From an uncultured Candidatus Saccharibacteria bacterium (GTDB lineage Bacteria > Patescibacteriota > Doudnabacteria > UBA920): 64,000 bases of DNA. The translations under genes and the position numbers were made by a program. The notes below the pieces were generated by a model. It was not told where the DNA came from. It did not search any database and was given only the letters and a program-made list of their open reading frames with translations. This document shows, in pieces, positions 26,403 to 36,354 of this stretch. The stretch covers positions 39,964 to 103,963 of the forward strand of contig CAZYQT010000001.1 of assembly GCA_964650255.1 (NCBI GenBank), read 5' to 3'. Every line of letters begins with the position of its first letter. Positions within the stretch are counted from its first letter, which is position 1.

Positions 26403-28203
26403 TTATGATTTTTTGTTCTACTGTGATTGTTTCTATTACTTCGACTGTTTGAATTATAGCAGGGCTTGGCTCAATTTCCGAAAAATGAATATCAAGCAAA
26501 CGCATCTTTAACTTCTTTAAGCCTTGCCAGGTATCAGCCATAAGTTCGCCGGCAATGGACAGCTTGTTGCCAACATCGAGGCGCGGTGCCAAATACCCCA
26601 TGCTAAAACCAATGCAATCAAGCATAGCTTCACCCAACATTACCTTCATTTGCAAATGTTGCTGCTCAGATCCCACTGTCTTGTAACTGATGATGCGGCA
26701 ATCTTCCAACGAAAAAATTGGTCTCGTATTCCCTGCCCCATATGGTTCGAGCTGGCAGATATCATCAAACACAGTTAAGGTTAAATCTTCTTCGGCCAAT
26801 GAAGCGTCGATCTCTAATGTCGGCGGTCCATCTGGAGTTGGATGTTCATCCGCATATTTAAGAATTTCTGTATAAAGTTCGCTTAACTCAGCGGTTTTTG
26901 CGGTCAGACCAGCGGCCTGTTTATGACCACCAAATTTTACCAATCGGTGCTGGACAGCTTTTAAACATTCGACAATATTAAAACTACTATTCCCTACACG
27001 GGCTGAACCTGTGGACTCTAACTCTCCGCGCTCCAAAATAATTGCTGGTCGATGATACAAATCAGCAATTCGGCCAGCTACGATCCCTACCAAACCTTTT
27101 GGCCAACCATCGCTATGGAGCAACAAAACTTTTTTGTCACTTAACAGTTCGGCTTGTTCTTTGGCCTCGGAAACCAGACGGTTCGTTAAGTCTCGACGAC
27201 GACGATTAATATCTTCCAATCGATTCGCCAAAGTAATCGCTTCAGCGAAATCTGTGGCAGTCAAAAGAGCCAAGGCAACATCGGCGTGCTCCAAGCGACC
27301 AGCTGCATTAATGCGCGGAGCAATTGTGAACCCAATAGTCTGGCTATCGATTGCATCTTTTAAAATATCAATCCCAGCGTTCTCAATTAATTGCCGCAAA
27401 CCCAACCACTTGGTTTTTGGTAAAACTTTTAACCCAAATTTTACTAAGATCCGATTCTCTCCCATCAATGAATGGCAATCCGCAACTGTACCAATCGCCA
27501 CTAAATCCAGTAGCCATTTATCCCACTCTGGCTGATAATCTTCAGCTGATATTTGTTTTTGCTCAATTACATTTTCTGCTTGCATCAACAAAGCCTTAGC
27601 TAACTTGTATGCTACCCCTACTCCAGTAATTTGATCATCAGGATACTGCTCGTCAGGGTTTTTTGGATTGATAAGAGCCAGTGGCTTAGGTTTTTCGCCA
27701 GTAATCTCGTGGTGATCAGTAATAATTAAATCAATGCCATTGTCACGACAAAAATCCGCAACATCAGCAGAGTTGGTTCCGCAGTCCACAGTAATAACCA
27801 GCTGCACACCTTGATCTTTAATTTTCTGAAAAGCTTCAAGGTTTAAACCATACCCTTCTGTAAAACGATCCGGAATGTAACTGGCTACCTCAACATCTAG
27901 ATAACGAAAGGTTTGCTGTAAAACTGCATTGGCTGTTACCGCATCGGCGTCGTAGTCTGCATATACCAGAATTTTTTCCTTGTTTTTTATAGCTTCCCAC
28001 ACCCGGTCAACAGCAACCTGCATTTCAGAGAATAAAAACGGGTTATAAAGATTGTGGTAATCTGGGTTTAAAAAAGTTTCCGCTCGACTAGCATTGTCCA
28101 CCCCCCGATTATGCAGCAATTGCACCACCAAAGAGCGCAATTCTGGAAATTGCTCTAAAACTTCCTTTGAAACAGCGGGTTTATGTCGCCACTCTTTAGC
28201 CAT
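26395..28203 (-). CDS. recJ: Single-stranded-DNA-specific exonuclease RecJ
   Basis: DHH family motifs ILVYADYDADAVT, VITVDCGT and LIITDHHE. 602 aa with a C-terminal OB-like region. Confidence 0.9.
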   Translation of the reverse strand: MAKEWRHKPAVSKEVLEQFPELRSLVVQLLHNRGVDNASRAETFLNPDYHNLYNPFLFSEMQVAVDRVWEAIKNKEKILVYADYDADAVTANAVLQQTFRYLDVEVASYIPDRFTEGYGLNLEAFQKIKDQGVQLVITVDCGTNSADVADFCRDNGIDLIITDHHEITGEKPKPLALINPKNPDEQYPDDQITGVGVAYKLAKALLMQAENVIEQKQISAEDYQPEWDKWLLDLVAIGTVADCHSLMGENRILVKFGLKVLPKTKWLGLRQLIENAGIDILKDAIDSQTIGFTIAPRINAAGRLEHADVALALLTATDFAEAITLANRLEDINRRRRDLTNRLVSEAKEQAELLSDKKVLLLHSDGWPKGLVGIVAGRIADLYHRPAIILERGELESTGSARVGNSSFNIVECLKAVQHRLVKFGGHKQAAGLTAKTAELSELYTEILKYADEHPTPDGPPTLEIDASLAEEDLTLTVFDDICQLEPYGAGNTRPIFSLEDCRIISYKTVGSEQQHLQMKVMLGEAMLDCIGFSMGYLAPRLDVGNKLSIAGELMADTWQGLKKLKMRLLDIHFSEIEPSPAIIQTVEVIETITVEQKIINE

Positions 28204-28224
28204 GTGGTCATAATACCACAGACC

Positions 28225-29835
28225 TTAAATCACTGACAGCAAGCTCCGACCGTTCATCTCTTTAGGTTGCTGAATGTTCAAAAGTTCTAAAATGGTTGGG
28301 GCAATATCTGACACAATCCCCGCCGGAATATTGGCTGAAAGTGATAGATAGTCGCGATTTTTTGGCTCAGCGAAGGCAAATTCCTTAGCTATCAAAATAA
28401 ATGGCACCGGACTTGTGGAGTGTTCTTTATCGATTTCAGCAGTCTTTTTATCGATCATAACTTCAATATTTCCATGGTCTGCCGTAATAATTAGTGCCCC
28501 ACCGACTTCTAGCGTAGCGTCGGATAATTCCTGCAAAAACCGATCCAAGTAATGAACCGCTTTAATTCCTGCTTCTAAATTGCCAGTGTGACCCACCATA
28601 TCGCCATTGGCATAATTAGCCACGTATAAAGAAAAGTCACCAGTCTTGATTTTATCAACCAAGGTTTCCGTTAACTCTTGTCCGGACATTTCTGGATTTG
28701 CGGCGTAGTTGCGATTATTTTGTGGGCTAGAAATAATTTTTCGCTCTTCACCTGGGAACGGTTCGCTTCGACCGCCATTAAAAAATGAGGTAACGTGAGC
28801 ATATTTTTCACTCTCCGCAATATGGAACTGCTTCAATCCTTTTTCAGAAATCACTTCGGCTAAATTGTTCCCTAAGTTAATTGACGGGAAGGCTACGTGC
28901 ACCGGCATGCCAAAAAAATATTCTGTCATGGTTACAAAAAATAAATTTTGTAGCGGCGCGTGCTTTTTTTCAATCCCCATCTTTTCTGGTTGAACAAATG
29001 CCTGCGTTAATTGCAAAGCACGATCGGAACGGTAATTAAAAAATATCACTGCGTCATTATCGGTTATCGTAGCCACTGGATGCATACCACCTTCACCTGG
29101 CTCCCGTTCAATGATAGCAGTCGGCACAATCATTTCGTCGTACACACTCTGGTTGTATGAATTCAAAATTGCATCTTCAGCCGTATCAGCCGCATTACCA
29201 GCACCTGTTGTCATTAGCTGATAAGTCATCTCAGTTTGATCCCAATGCTTTCCCCGATCCATTGCATAAAATCTACCGGTGATTGTGGCAATTTTGCCAA
29301 CTCCAATGTCACGAATTTTTTCTTCTGTTTTTTTGAGAATATCAAAGCCATCCTTTTCACCAGTATCGCGGCCATCAGTAAACATATGAATGAAAACATT
29401 TTGCAGACCTTGTTCAGCAGCCAGACCTAAAAGTGCGTGCAAATGCTCTTCGCTGCTATGCACCCCGCCGCCGCTAACCATACCCATTAAATGAAGCTTG
29501 GAATTATTTTTTTTCACATGCTCACATGCTTGCAAAAAAGCCTCATTACGAAAAAAACTTCGATCTTGAATGGCTCTGTTGATGCGCGGTAAATCCTGAC
29601 CGACAATTCGACCGGCCCCAATATTTAAGTGACCAACTTCAGAATTACCAACTTCGCCCCATGGCAGTCCCACCACTGGACCAGATGCCAACAAAGACAA
29701 TGAAGGATAACGAGCGATTAAGCGGTCCAAGGACTCTGGCCTAGCCAAAGCAATAGCATTCCCATGGCTATATGAAGCCACGCCAAAACCGTCCAAAATT
29801 ACTAAAACTACTTTTTTAAACGGTTGGGTCGGCAT
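28225..29835 (-). CDS. gpmI: 2,3-bisphosphoglycerate-independent phosphoglycerate mutase
   Basis: VVLVILDGFG...NSEVGHLNIGAGR iPGM signature. 536 aa. Confidence 0.9.
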   Translation of the reverse strand: MPTQPFKKVVLVILDGFGVASYSHGNAIALARPESLDRLIARYPSLSLLASGPVVGLPWGEVGNSEVGHLNIGAGRIVGQDLPRINRAIQDRSFFRNEAFLQACEHVKKNNSKLHLMGMVSGGGVHSSEEHLHALLGLAAEQGLQNVFIHMFTDGRDTGEKDGFDILKKTEEKIRDIGVGKIATITGRFYAMDRGKHWDQTEMTYQLMTTGAGNAADTAEDAILNSYNQSVYDEMIVPTAIIEREPGEGGMHPVATITDNDAVIFFNYRSDRALQLTQAFVQPEKMGIEKKHAPLQNLFFVTMTEYFFGMPVHVAFPSINLGNNLAEVISEKGLKQFHIAESEKYAHVTSFFNGGRSEPFPGEERKIISSPQNNRNYAANPEMSGQELTETLVDKIKTGDFSLYVANYANGDMVGHTGNLEAGIKAVHYLDRFLQELSDATLEVGGALIITADHGNIEVMIDKKTAEIDKEHSTSPVPFILIAKEFAFAEPKNRDYLSLSANIPAGIVSDIAPTILELLNIQQPKEMNGRSLLSVI

Positions 29836-29837
29836 CT

Positions 29838-31094
29838 TTATTTAGTTTTTAATTCTTCCTCAATACTTAGCAGGCGGTTATATTTGGCCAAACGCTCCCC
29901 CCGCGCCAAACTCCCAGCCTTAATAAATTCGGCTCCAACCGCCACCGCTAAATCTGCAATAAAGTCATCGCTAGTTTCGCCGCTACGGTGAGATATCACT
30001 ACGCTGTAGTGATACTTTTGCGCCAACTTTACTGCGGCCATGGTTTCGGTCAAAGTCCCAATTTGGTTCAACTTAATTAATACTGCGTTAGCAATCCCGG
30101 AAATAATACCCGCTTCGATACGCTGTGTGTTCGTAACAAATAAGTCATCGCCAACTAGAGTTACAGAGTGACCAAGTATGGTGGTAAGTTTTTGCCATCC
30201 TTGAAAATCATCTTCAGCACAACCATCTTCAATCATTTCCAGACCAAAAGTGTTATGCCAACTTTGATACAATTTATACATACTCGCTGGCTTGTAATGC
30301 TTTCGGTCTGCTCTTAAACTATAAATTTCTTTATCTGCATCAAAAAATTCGCTAGCAGCGGCATCAATACCCAAAGCAAAATCCTTGCCCAATTTAAAGT
30401 TCGCCTGTTTAACAGAATCGGCTAGCAAGCGCAGTGCCTTTTTGTTAGATCCCAAGTGAGGAGCGAAACCGCCTTCATCACCCAAACCCACACTTAATCC
30501 CTTCTTTACCAAAGTGGCTTTAATTTGTTTAATTACCGCGTGTGACCGACTTAACTTATCTGCGAACGATCCTTTCAAAGGAATAAGAAAAAATTCTTGG
30601 ATATCTAATCCTGAGTCGGCATGCACTCCTCCATTGATCACATTAAGTAACGGCGTAGGTAAACTCAAATTTTTAAAACGGTAGTGCTCAGCGAGAAATT
30701 TATACAAAGGCTTTCTAGAAAGCACTGCGGCCAACCGTGCAGAAGCTAGAGAGACTGACAAAATTGCATTCGCTCCAAGCTTGGATTTATTGGCTGTACC
30801 ATCAGCTGCAATCATTAAACGGTCAATCTCAGAGAGATTAGCCAGAGATTTTCCTTTCAATAGTTTAAAAATTTTGGTGTTAACATTTGCGCAAGCTTTT
30901 TTAACACCCAACCCACTAAACCTTTTTTTATCTCCATCGCGCAATTCCAAAGCCTCATGACTGCCCGTTGATGCCCCACTCGGCACACTGGCAATTGCAA
31001 AAGCATCCCCTGACCAAACCGTAGTTTCGATCGTGGGATTGCCTCGACTGTCTAATATTTCGCGTGCGCGAATTTTTGTAATAGTTGGTTTCAT
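29838..31094 (-). CDS. eno: Enolase
   Basis: ITKIRAREILDSRGNPTIETTV N-terminus. 418 aa. Confidence 0.95.
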   Translation of the reverse strand: MKPTITKIRAREILDSRGNPTIETTVWSGDAFAIASVPSGASTGSHEALELRDGDKKRFSGLGVKKACANVNTKIFKLLKGKSLANLSEIDRLMIAADGTANKSKLGANAILSVSLASARLAAVLSRKPLYKFLAEHYRFKNLSLPTPLLNVINGGVHADSGLDIQEFFLIPLKGSFADKLSRSHAVIKQIKATLVKKGLSVGLGDEGGFAPHLGSNKKALRLLADSVKQANFKLGKDFALGIDAAASEFFDADKEIYSLRADRKHYKPASMYKLYQSWHNTFGLEMIEDGCAEDDFQGWQKLTTILGHSVTLVGDDLFVTNTQRIEAGIISGIANAVLIKLNQIGTLTETMAAVKLAQKYHYSVVISHRSGETSDDFIADLAVAVGAEFIKAGSLARGERLAKYNRLLSIEEELKTK

Positions 31095-31261
31095 TTTTAT
31101 TTCAGGTCAGTCAGTTACTATAAAGGTACAAAAGATAATGTTCGCTGGCGTCTGGCGATTGCAAGAAATCTGCATTCTGGTTCGGGGATTTTTTGCGAAA
31201 GCCAGCCCGCGCATTATCTTTTTTATTTGTTGAATTTTATTTCAGTTAGTTTCTGTCGAAG

Positions 31262-31307
31262 TCAATTTATTATACCACAAAATAAGGTCGTGACCCAAGT
31301 CACGACC
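31262..31307 (-). promoter_or_regulatory. pgk terminator hairpin (GGTCGTGAC-CCAA-GTCACGACC, 31286-31307) immediately followed by the eno extended -10 promoter TGTGGTATAAT (31269-31279)
   Basis: A perfect 9-bp palindrome plus a T-tract in minus sense, then TGnTATAAT. The 20-nt string tcaatttattataccacaaa is identical to 10173-10192. Confidence 0.5.
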
Positions 31308-31318
31308 CTAAATCAATA

Positions 31319-32548
31319 TCATTTTAATAAGGCTTTCAACCCTGGCAGCTCATTACCAGCTAAATATTCCAGCATTGCCCCGCCACCAGTGGAAACATGG
31401 TCAATATTTTCTAACTGATGGGCTTGCCGAATCGCGGCCACGGTTTCCCCACCACCAGCTGCACCGAACGCAGTTCTTGTACTCACACTCCCAACCACGC
31501 GTGCTAAAGCCATGGTCCCTGCCCGGAAAGGTTTCTTTTCAAAATACCCCAATGGCCCATTCCAACAAATTGTTTTCGCTGATTTTAAAATTTTTGAGTA
31601 CTCTAGAATAGCCTTTGGTCCAATATCATAAATCTTTTCTGAATTCTTAATTTCATAGGCGTTTTTTACAATCGCGGTCTCTTTAGGATTTTTGGTATCA
31701 AACACAGCTACATCACGCGGAAGCACTATCTTGTCTTTGAAGTTTTTTAATAACGTCCATGCAAGCTGAATACTTTCCTTCTCAATAACCGATTCGCCAA
31801 TGTTATAACCTTGAGCTGATAAAAAAATGTTTGCCAACCCACCACCAAGCAAAATTTTATCAGCTTGCTTGCCAAGCCTTTCCAATGTTTTCGCTTTATC
31901 AGAGATTTTAATCCCGCCCATCATTAAAACAAACGGTGCTTTAGATTTAGTCGTAATATAATCCAAATTTTTGATTTCTTTTTCCAACTGTGGCCCGACA
32001 AATGATGGCAACAACTTTGTGATCGCAACAACCGATGCCGCTTGGCGATGCGTGACTGCGAAAGCATCATCAACATAAACTTCACCAAGCGAAGCTAGAA
32101 GCTTTGCAAACTCCGGATTATTTTCTTCTTCACCAGGATAAAATCGTAAATTTTCAAGCAATACGATATCTTTGGCTTGCATTGCTTTAACTGCATTTTT
32201 AACTCCTGCTTTTTTAATATCCCCTCTCACAAAAACTAAATGCTCTACTGGGTAATCAACTACCTTGTCTTCGGTCTCTACGAACTTTACATCGAGTAGC
32301 TCAGACAAGCGTCGCGCCATAGGTAGCAGCGACATAGCATCATTCCATTTCCCTTCTGGTCGTCCTGCATGGGATAAAATAATCACCTTGGCATTGTGCT
32401 GTCTTAAAAATTTAATAGTTGGTACAGCACAAACTAACCGAAAATCATCAATAATTTTGCCGGTCTCATCGACTTCCTCGTTTAGATCAACTCTCAATAA
32501 AACAGTCTTGTCTTGTATATCTGCTGATTTTAGGTAATTATATGGCAT
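31319..32548 (-). CDS. pgk: Phosphoglycerate kinase
   Basis: VLLRVDLN N-terminal motif and GGGA...STGGGA C-terminal motifs. 409 aa. Confidence 0.95.
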   Translation of the reverse strand: MPYNYLKSADIQDKTVLLRVDLNEEVDETGKIIDDFRLVCAVPTIKFLRQHNAKVIILSHAGRPEGKWNDAMSLLPMARRLSELLDVKFVETEDKVVDYPVEHLVFVRGDIKKAGVKNAVKAMQAKDIVLLENLRFYPGEEENNPEFAKLLASLGEVYVDDAFAVTHRQAASVVAITKLLPSFVGPQLEKEIKNLDYITTKSKAPFVLMMGGIKISDKAKTLERLGKQADKILLGGGLANIFLSAQGYNIGESVIEKESIQLAWTLLKNFKDKIVLPRDVAVFDTKNPKETAIVKNAYEIKNSEKIYDIGPKAILEYSKILKSAKTICWNGPLGYFEKKPFRAGTMALARVVGSVSTRTAFGAAGGGETVAAIRQAHQLENIDHVSTGGGAMLEYLAGNELPGLKALLK

Positions 32549-32622
32549 TTTTTAATGTTTTCACTTGACTTTATTTTTATTTTATGGTTAAATATAATTA
32601 AATCTACGGAGGTCAGCTAACT

Positions 32623-32856
32623 ATGATTTTAGAAAGCGCGCAAAACGCGCATAAAGTTTTGAAACCGCAAGTAAAACGAGCAAAATCCACTTGGGTTTTT
32701 AGCACCCTACTGATCTTGGCATTGGTTTGTACTCTTGCAACAGCATGCTTGAGTTTCACAGAGCACGGAGATCTGTGTACTTTGAGTCTAATGTTTACAG
32801 GCCTTAGCTGGGCTACTGTTCTAGCATACGTTTTTCCAAACTCCAAAGCAGATTAA
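32623..32856 (+). CDS. Small hydrophobic protein (hypothetical, possibly spurious)
   Basis: 77 aa with a GGAGG RBS 11 nt upstream and a TATAAT upstream. Low complexity. Confidence 0.25.
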   Translation: MILESAQNAHKVLKPQVKRAKSTWVFSTLLILALVCTLATACLSFTEHGDLCTLSLMFTGLSWATVLAYVFPNSKAD

Positions 32857-33071
32857 TTATGGACAGTCACTTACTGCACGGCCATGACGATGAGGGTGGT
32901 TATGGCCATGAAGGCTCTAAAAACGTTTCAAACCCGAATGCGATACGCAATCTCGTAATCGGTCTCATCCTCGCAACGATCATTGTTGTAATTATTGCAA
33001 CAGTGTTCATTTACTGGCAGTTGACGCCGGCTTCACCACCCCCTAGTCAATTGCCTTTTTATTTTGCTTTT

Positions 33072-34109
33072 TTACATAATACTCCGACCGACTAATACTG
33101 CTTGCTCAATTAGCCGATTCGAGTAACCAAACTCGTTATCATACCAAGCCACCACTTTAATAAAGTCGCCGTCAATGACTTGAGTAAGAGAAAGGTCAAC
33201 TATACACGAAGCAGGATTACCAACTATATCGGAGGATACTAACGGCTCATTACTAACCACCAATTTACCTTTGTATAAAGGATTATTGCTGGCTTCAATA
33301 AATGCCTGGTTAACTTCTTCAATTGTGGTTTTATTTTTCAGCAACACTGCGAAGTCACACAAACTACCAACTGGTGTTGGCACACGAAACGCAATCCCAT
33401 TAAACAAACCTTTTAATTCTGGCAAAACTTGAGTAGCTGAAATTGCGGCCCCTGTTGATGTAGGGATAATGTTCACAGCCGCAGCGCGGGCGCGGCGCAT
33501 GTCATTACTTTTCCCACCAGGCGGCGGGCCATCAACTAAATTTTGCTCTGCGGTATAACTGTGAATTGTTGACATCATTATTTTCTGAATGCCAAACTTG
33601 GCCAAGAGTACAGCTGTCACTGGAGTAATACAATTCGTAGTACAAGATGCGTTACTAATAATTGCCTGGTCTGTATACTGGTCTTCATTTGCTCCAAGCA
33701 CAATTGTTGGGGTAATCCCCTCATCTTTAGCAGGGGCAGAAATAATTACACGTTTTGCACCAGCTTGTAAATGCGCTCCGGCTTTTTCGCTGTCAGTAAA
33801 ACGACCAGTGCTTTCAATTACGACCTCTGCGCCAAGCTTGCCCCATGGTAAAGCAGAAGGTTCCTTTTCCGCAGACACCGGATACTTTTTGCCGTCAACA
33901 ATAATGTTGGTTTCATCAAAAGAAATATCGTGGCCAAACTGGCCATAATTACTGTCGTACTTTAATAGATGAGCCAGCACCTCTGGACTGGTTAAATCAT
34001 TAATCCCAACAACGTCAACTTCAGGCATACCCAAAGCTAACTTAAAAGCCTGGCGGCCAATGCGACCAAACCCATTAATCCCAACCTTCACAATTTTATT
34101 TGAAGTCAT
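33072..34109 (-). CDS. gap: Glyceraldehyde-3-phosphate dehydrogenase
   Basis: VGINGFGRIGR NAD-binding N-terminus and the ASCTTNC active site. 345 aa. Confidence 0.95.
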   Translation of the reverse strand: MTSNKIVKVGINGFGRIGRQAFKLALGMPEVDVVGINDLTSPEVLAHLLKYDSNYGQFGHDISFDETNIIVDGKKYPVSAEKEPSALPWGKLGAEVVIESTGRFTDSEKAGAHLQAGAKRVIISAPAKDEGITPTIVLGANEDQYTDQAIISNASCTTNCITPVTAVLLAKFGIQKIMMSTIHSYTAEQNLVDGPPPGGKSNDMRRARAAAVNIIPTSTGAAISATQVLPELKGLFNGIAFRVPTPVGSLCDFAVLLKNKTTIEEVNQAFIEASNNPLYKGKLVVSNEPLVSSDIVGNPASCIVDLSLTQVIDGDFIKVVAWYDNEFGYSNRLIEQAVLVGRSIM

Positions 34110-34153
34110 ACTATTTTGTTTTAGTTTCTATTTAGAAAAATTTTATTACAACT

Positions 34154-34390
34154 TTACCTTACGCTAGGCGAAGATTCCTGCACCTCAAGTTGAAAATTAC
34201 TCGAGCGCATATCATGATTTTTACCTGCAGAAGCTTGTTTTTTTGGCGAATAATCAATGTACTCAGCAGTTTGCAATGCTGTTGCGCGCCAATAAAGCAC
34301 AGAGCCCATAGCAATAATTCCCCCAAAAATCAGGAGAAGTACGCGTAGTTGTGGATTTTTAGCCTTAAGGCCAGTTCCTTCTATTCCCAT
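34154..34390 (-). CDS. Small membrane protein (hypothetical)
   Basis: 78 aa, one TM helix. Confidence 0.3.
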   Translation of the reverse strand: MGIEGTGLKAKNPQLRVLLLIFGGIIAMGSVLYWRATALQTAEYIDYSPKKQASAGKNHDMRSSNFQLEVQESSPSVR

Positions 34391-34408
34391 ACTATTATTA
34401 TACTATAC

Positions 34409-35287
34409 TTATAGAATATTTTGCGTTTTAAATGCCTTTAATTTTTTAATTGCTGCGTTTTTAACGCCCTCTATGGCAGGATGCAGATATTTGCGTGGGT
34501 CAACCTCATCTGGATGCGAAGCCAGGAAAACCCGCAACTCTTTAGTGAAACTTACCCGCAACTCTGTGTCGATGTTGATAATGGCAATACCAGCAGCAAT
34601 GGCTTCGGCAATGGTATTGTCTGGCACCCCACTGGCGCCATGTAGCACCATAGGGATATTAACCAAGTCGTGAATCTTTTTGATGCGTGGAACATCGACA
34701 TGGGCAGTAACCTTACCGCTCATTTTAATGATGCCATGAATCGTGCCAACAGATGCTGCTAAAACATTGATACCAGTGGCATCAAAAAAGTTTTTCGCTT
34801 CTTCCGGGTCTGTGAGCAAAGTTTCCGCTTCACTTACCGAAACCCAATCTTCGCTACCGCGCATTCGGCCAATCTCCCCTTGAACCCAAGCGCCGTGCTC
34901 CTTTGCAAATTCAACCATCGCTTTGGTGTCACGAATGTTTTCATCAACAGAAAGACCAGAGTGGTCTATCATTACAGATGAATAACCCAACTCTATCCCG
35001 CGTTTCAGCTGATCCATATCTTTACCATGATCCATGTGCAGAGCAATGGGTACTGTTGCTTTTTTAGCCATAGTAGCCATGATCTCGAAGAGAGTTTCTA
35101 GCCCTGCGTACTTAATGGCGCCTTCGCTGGTCTCTAAAATGACTGGCACCTGTAACTCTTCTGCAGCCGCAATAATTCCTAAAGTGGTCTCTAGGTTCAT
35201 TGTATTAAAAGCCGGGTAAGCAAACTTGCCAACTACTGCGCTACCTGTAGGATCGTTTTTGAAAAGTTCTTTAATGTGTACTAACAT
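34409..35287 (-). CDS. fba: Fructose-bisphosphate aldolase, class II
   Basis: ALHMDHGKD and VLHGASGVPD zinc-aldolase motifs. 292 aa. Confidence 0.9.
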   Translation of the reverse strand: MLVHIKELFKNDPTGSAVVGKFAYPAFNTMNLETTLGIIAAAEELQVPVILETSEGAIKYAGLETLFEIMATMAKKATVPIALHMDHGKDMDQLKRGIELGYSSVMIDHSGLSVDENIRDTKAMVEFAKEHGAWVQGEIGRMRGSEDWVSVSEAETLLTDPEEAKNFFDATGINVLAASVGTIHGIIKMSGKVTAHVDVPRIKKIHDLVNIPMVLHGASGVPDNTIAEAIAAGIAIINIDTELRVSFTKELRVFLASHPDEVDPRKYLHPAIEGVKNAAIKKLKAFKTQNIL

Positions 35288-36354
35288 TAGTCTTTCTTCT
35301 TGCCAACCAATGCGGCGACTTTGGATTTAGTCCGTTCATCCACCATTGCAATCGGCTTAAATGATTTCATTTTTTTCAATCGAGCCTCCACCTCTTTCCG
35401 AGTTAACAGCCCTTCAATTGGACCAATATGCATAACCACACTTCCGGCGTTCACAGGACCCCATCGCAACGCTTCGCTATGCGGCATGCCGCAAGCCAAA
35501 GCTGCTATGTAAGCCGTGGTAAAACTGTCCCCTGCTCCAGTTGCTTCAATACGAGGCCCAGGAAATTCTGGAATGTAGAAATAACCTTCATCGCTGTAGC
35601 TGTAAGCTCCTTTGCGACCATCGGTGAGCGCAACTGCTTTGGGGCCGAGCTTTCGTAAGCGCTTGCAGAGCTCTTCCGGATCCTCAACATTACCAACCCA
35701 GCTTTGAGCTTCTTCTTTATTTAAAGACAACAGTGAGGTCCGCTCCAGCATCAGTTTGTTAAACTTTGGGCCCTTGCGAAGCTGAAAAGTGCCTGGATTG
35801 AAGCCTAAATTCGCTTTCGTTGCATCTAAATATTTTGCCAAGTCTTTATAAATCGCTTCGAAGCCGGCGCCCATACTGGTCAAGTACACCCACTTACTTG
35901 GTGCCAATTTCGGCAATTTGTATTTGCGATGCTCGTGATATACGAAAATAGTCCTCTCGCCTTTATAATTTAAAACTGTTGATGCATTAGTAGAATGTTT
36001 GTCATCAATTACAATATAATCTTGATGGACTTTTTCCTTTTGCATGCGATGCACGATTTCCCGACCACCAGCATCATGAGCAACTACAATATACAACGCA
36101 GTATCTAAGCCTAACCGACTGGAACCAATGGCGTTGTTAGCAGCATTACCAGCCACGCTGCGATTAAATTTATCAACAGGAAGTTTATCACCCCAATTAA
36201 TTATCGCCTTCTTCTGACCCTTAATTTTTTTAATCTCAATGTCGTGAATTTCCAAAAAAGTATCAATGGTGGGGTCACCAATTGAGATCATGTCGAACTT
36301 ATACTTTATTTTGCCAGATGCCTTCTTGGCTGTTTTTTTTGCTGCTTTCTTCAT
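35287..36354 (-). CDS. PfkB-family carbohydrate kinase (candidate phosphofructokinase/ribokinase-type)
   Basis: TGAGDSFTTAYIAALA PfkB signature 2. Sits between fba and transketolase. Confidence 0.7.
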   Translation of the reverse strand: MKKAAKKTAKKASGKIKYKFDMISIGDPTIDTFLEIHDIEIKKIKGQKKAIINWGDKLPVDKFNRSVAGNAANNAIGSSRLGLDTALYIVVAHDAGGREIVHRMQKEKVHQDYIVIDDKHSTNASTVLNYKGERTIFVYHEHRKYKLPKLAPSKWVYLTSMGAGFEAIYKDLAKYLDATKANLGFNPGTFQLRKGPKFNKLMLERTSLLSLNKEEAQSWVGNVEDPEELCKRLRKLGPKAVALTDGRKGAYSYSDEGYFYIPEFPGPRIEATGAGDSFTTAYIAALACGMPHSEALRWGPVNAGSVVMHIGPIEGLLTRKEVEARLKKMKSFKPIAMVDERTKSKVAALVGKKKD

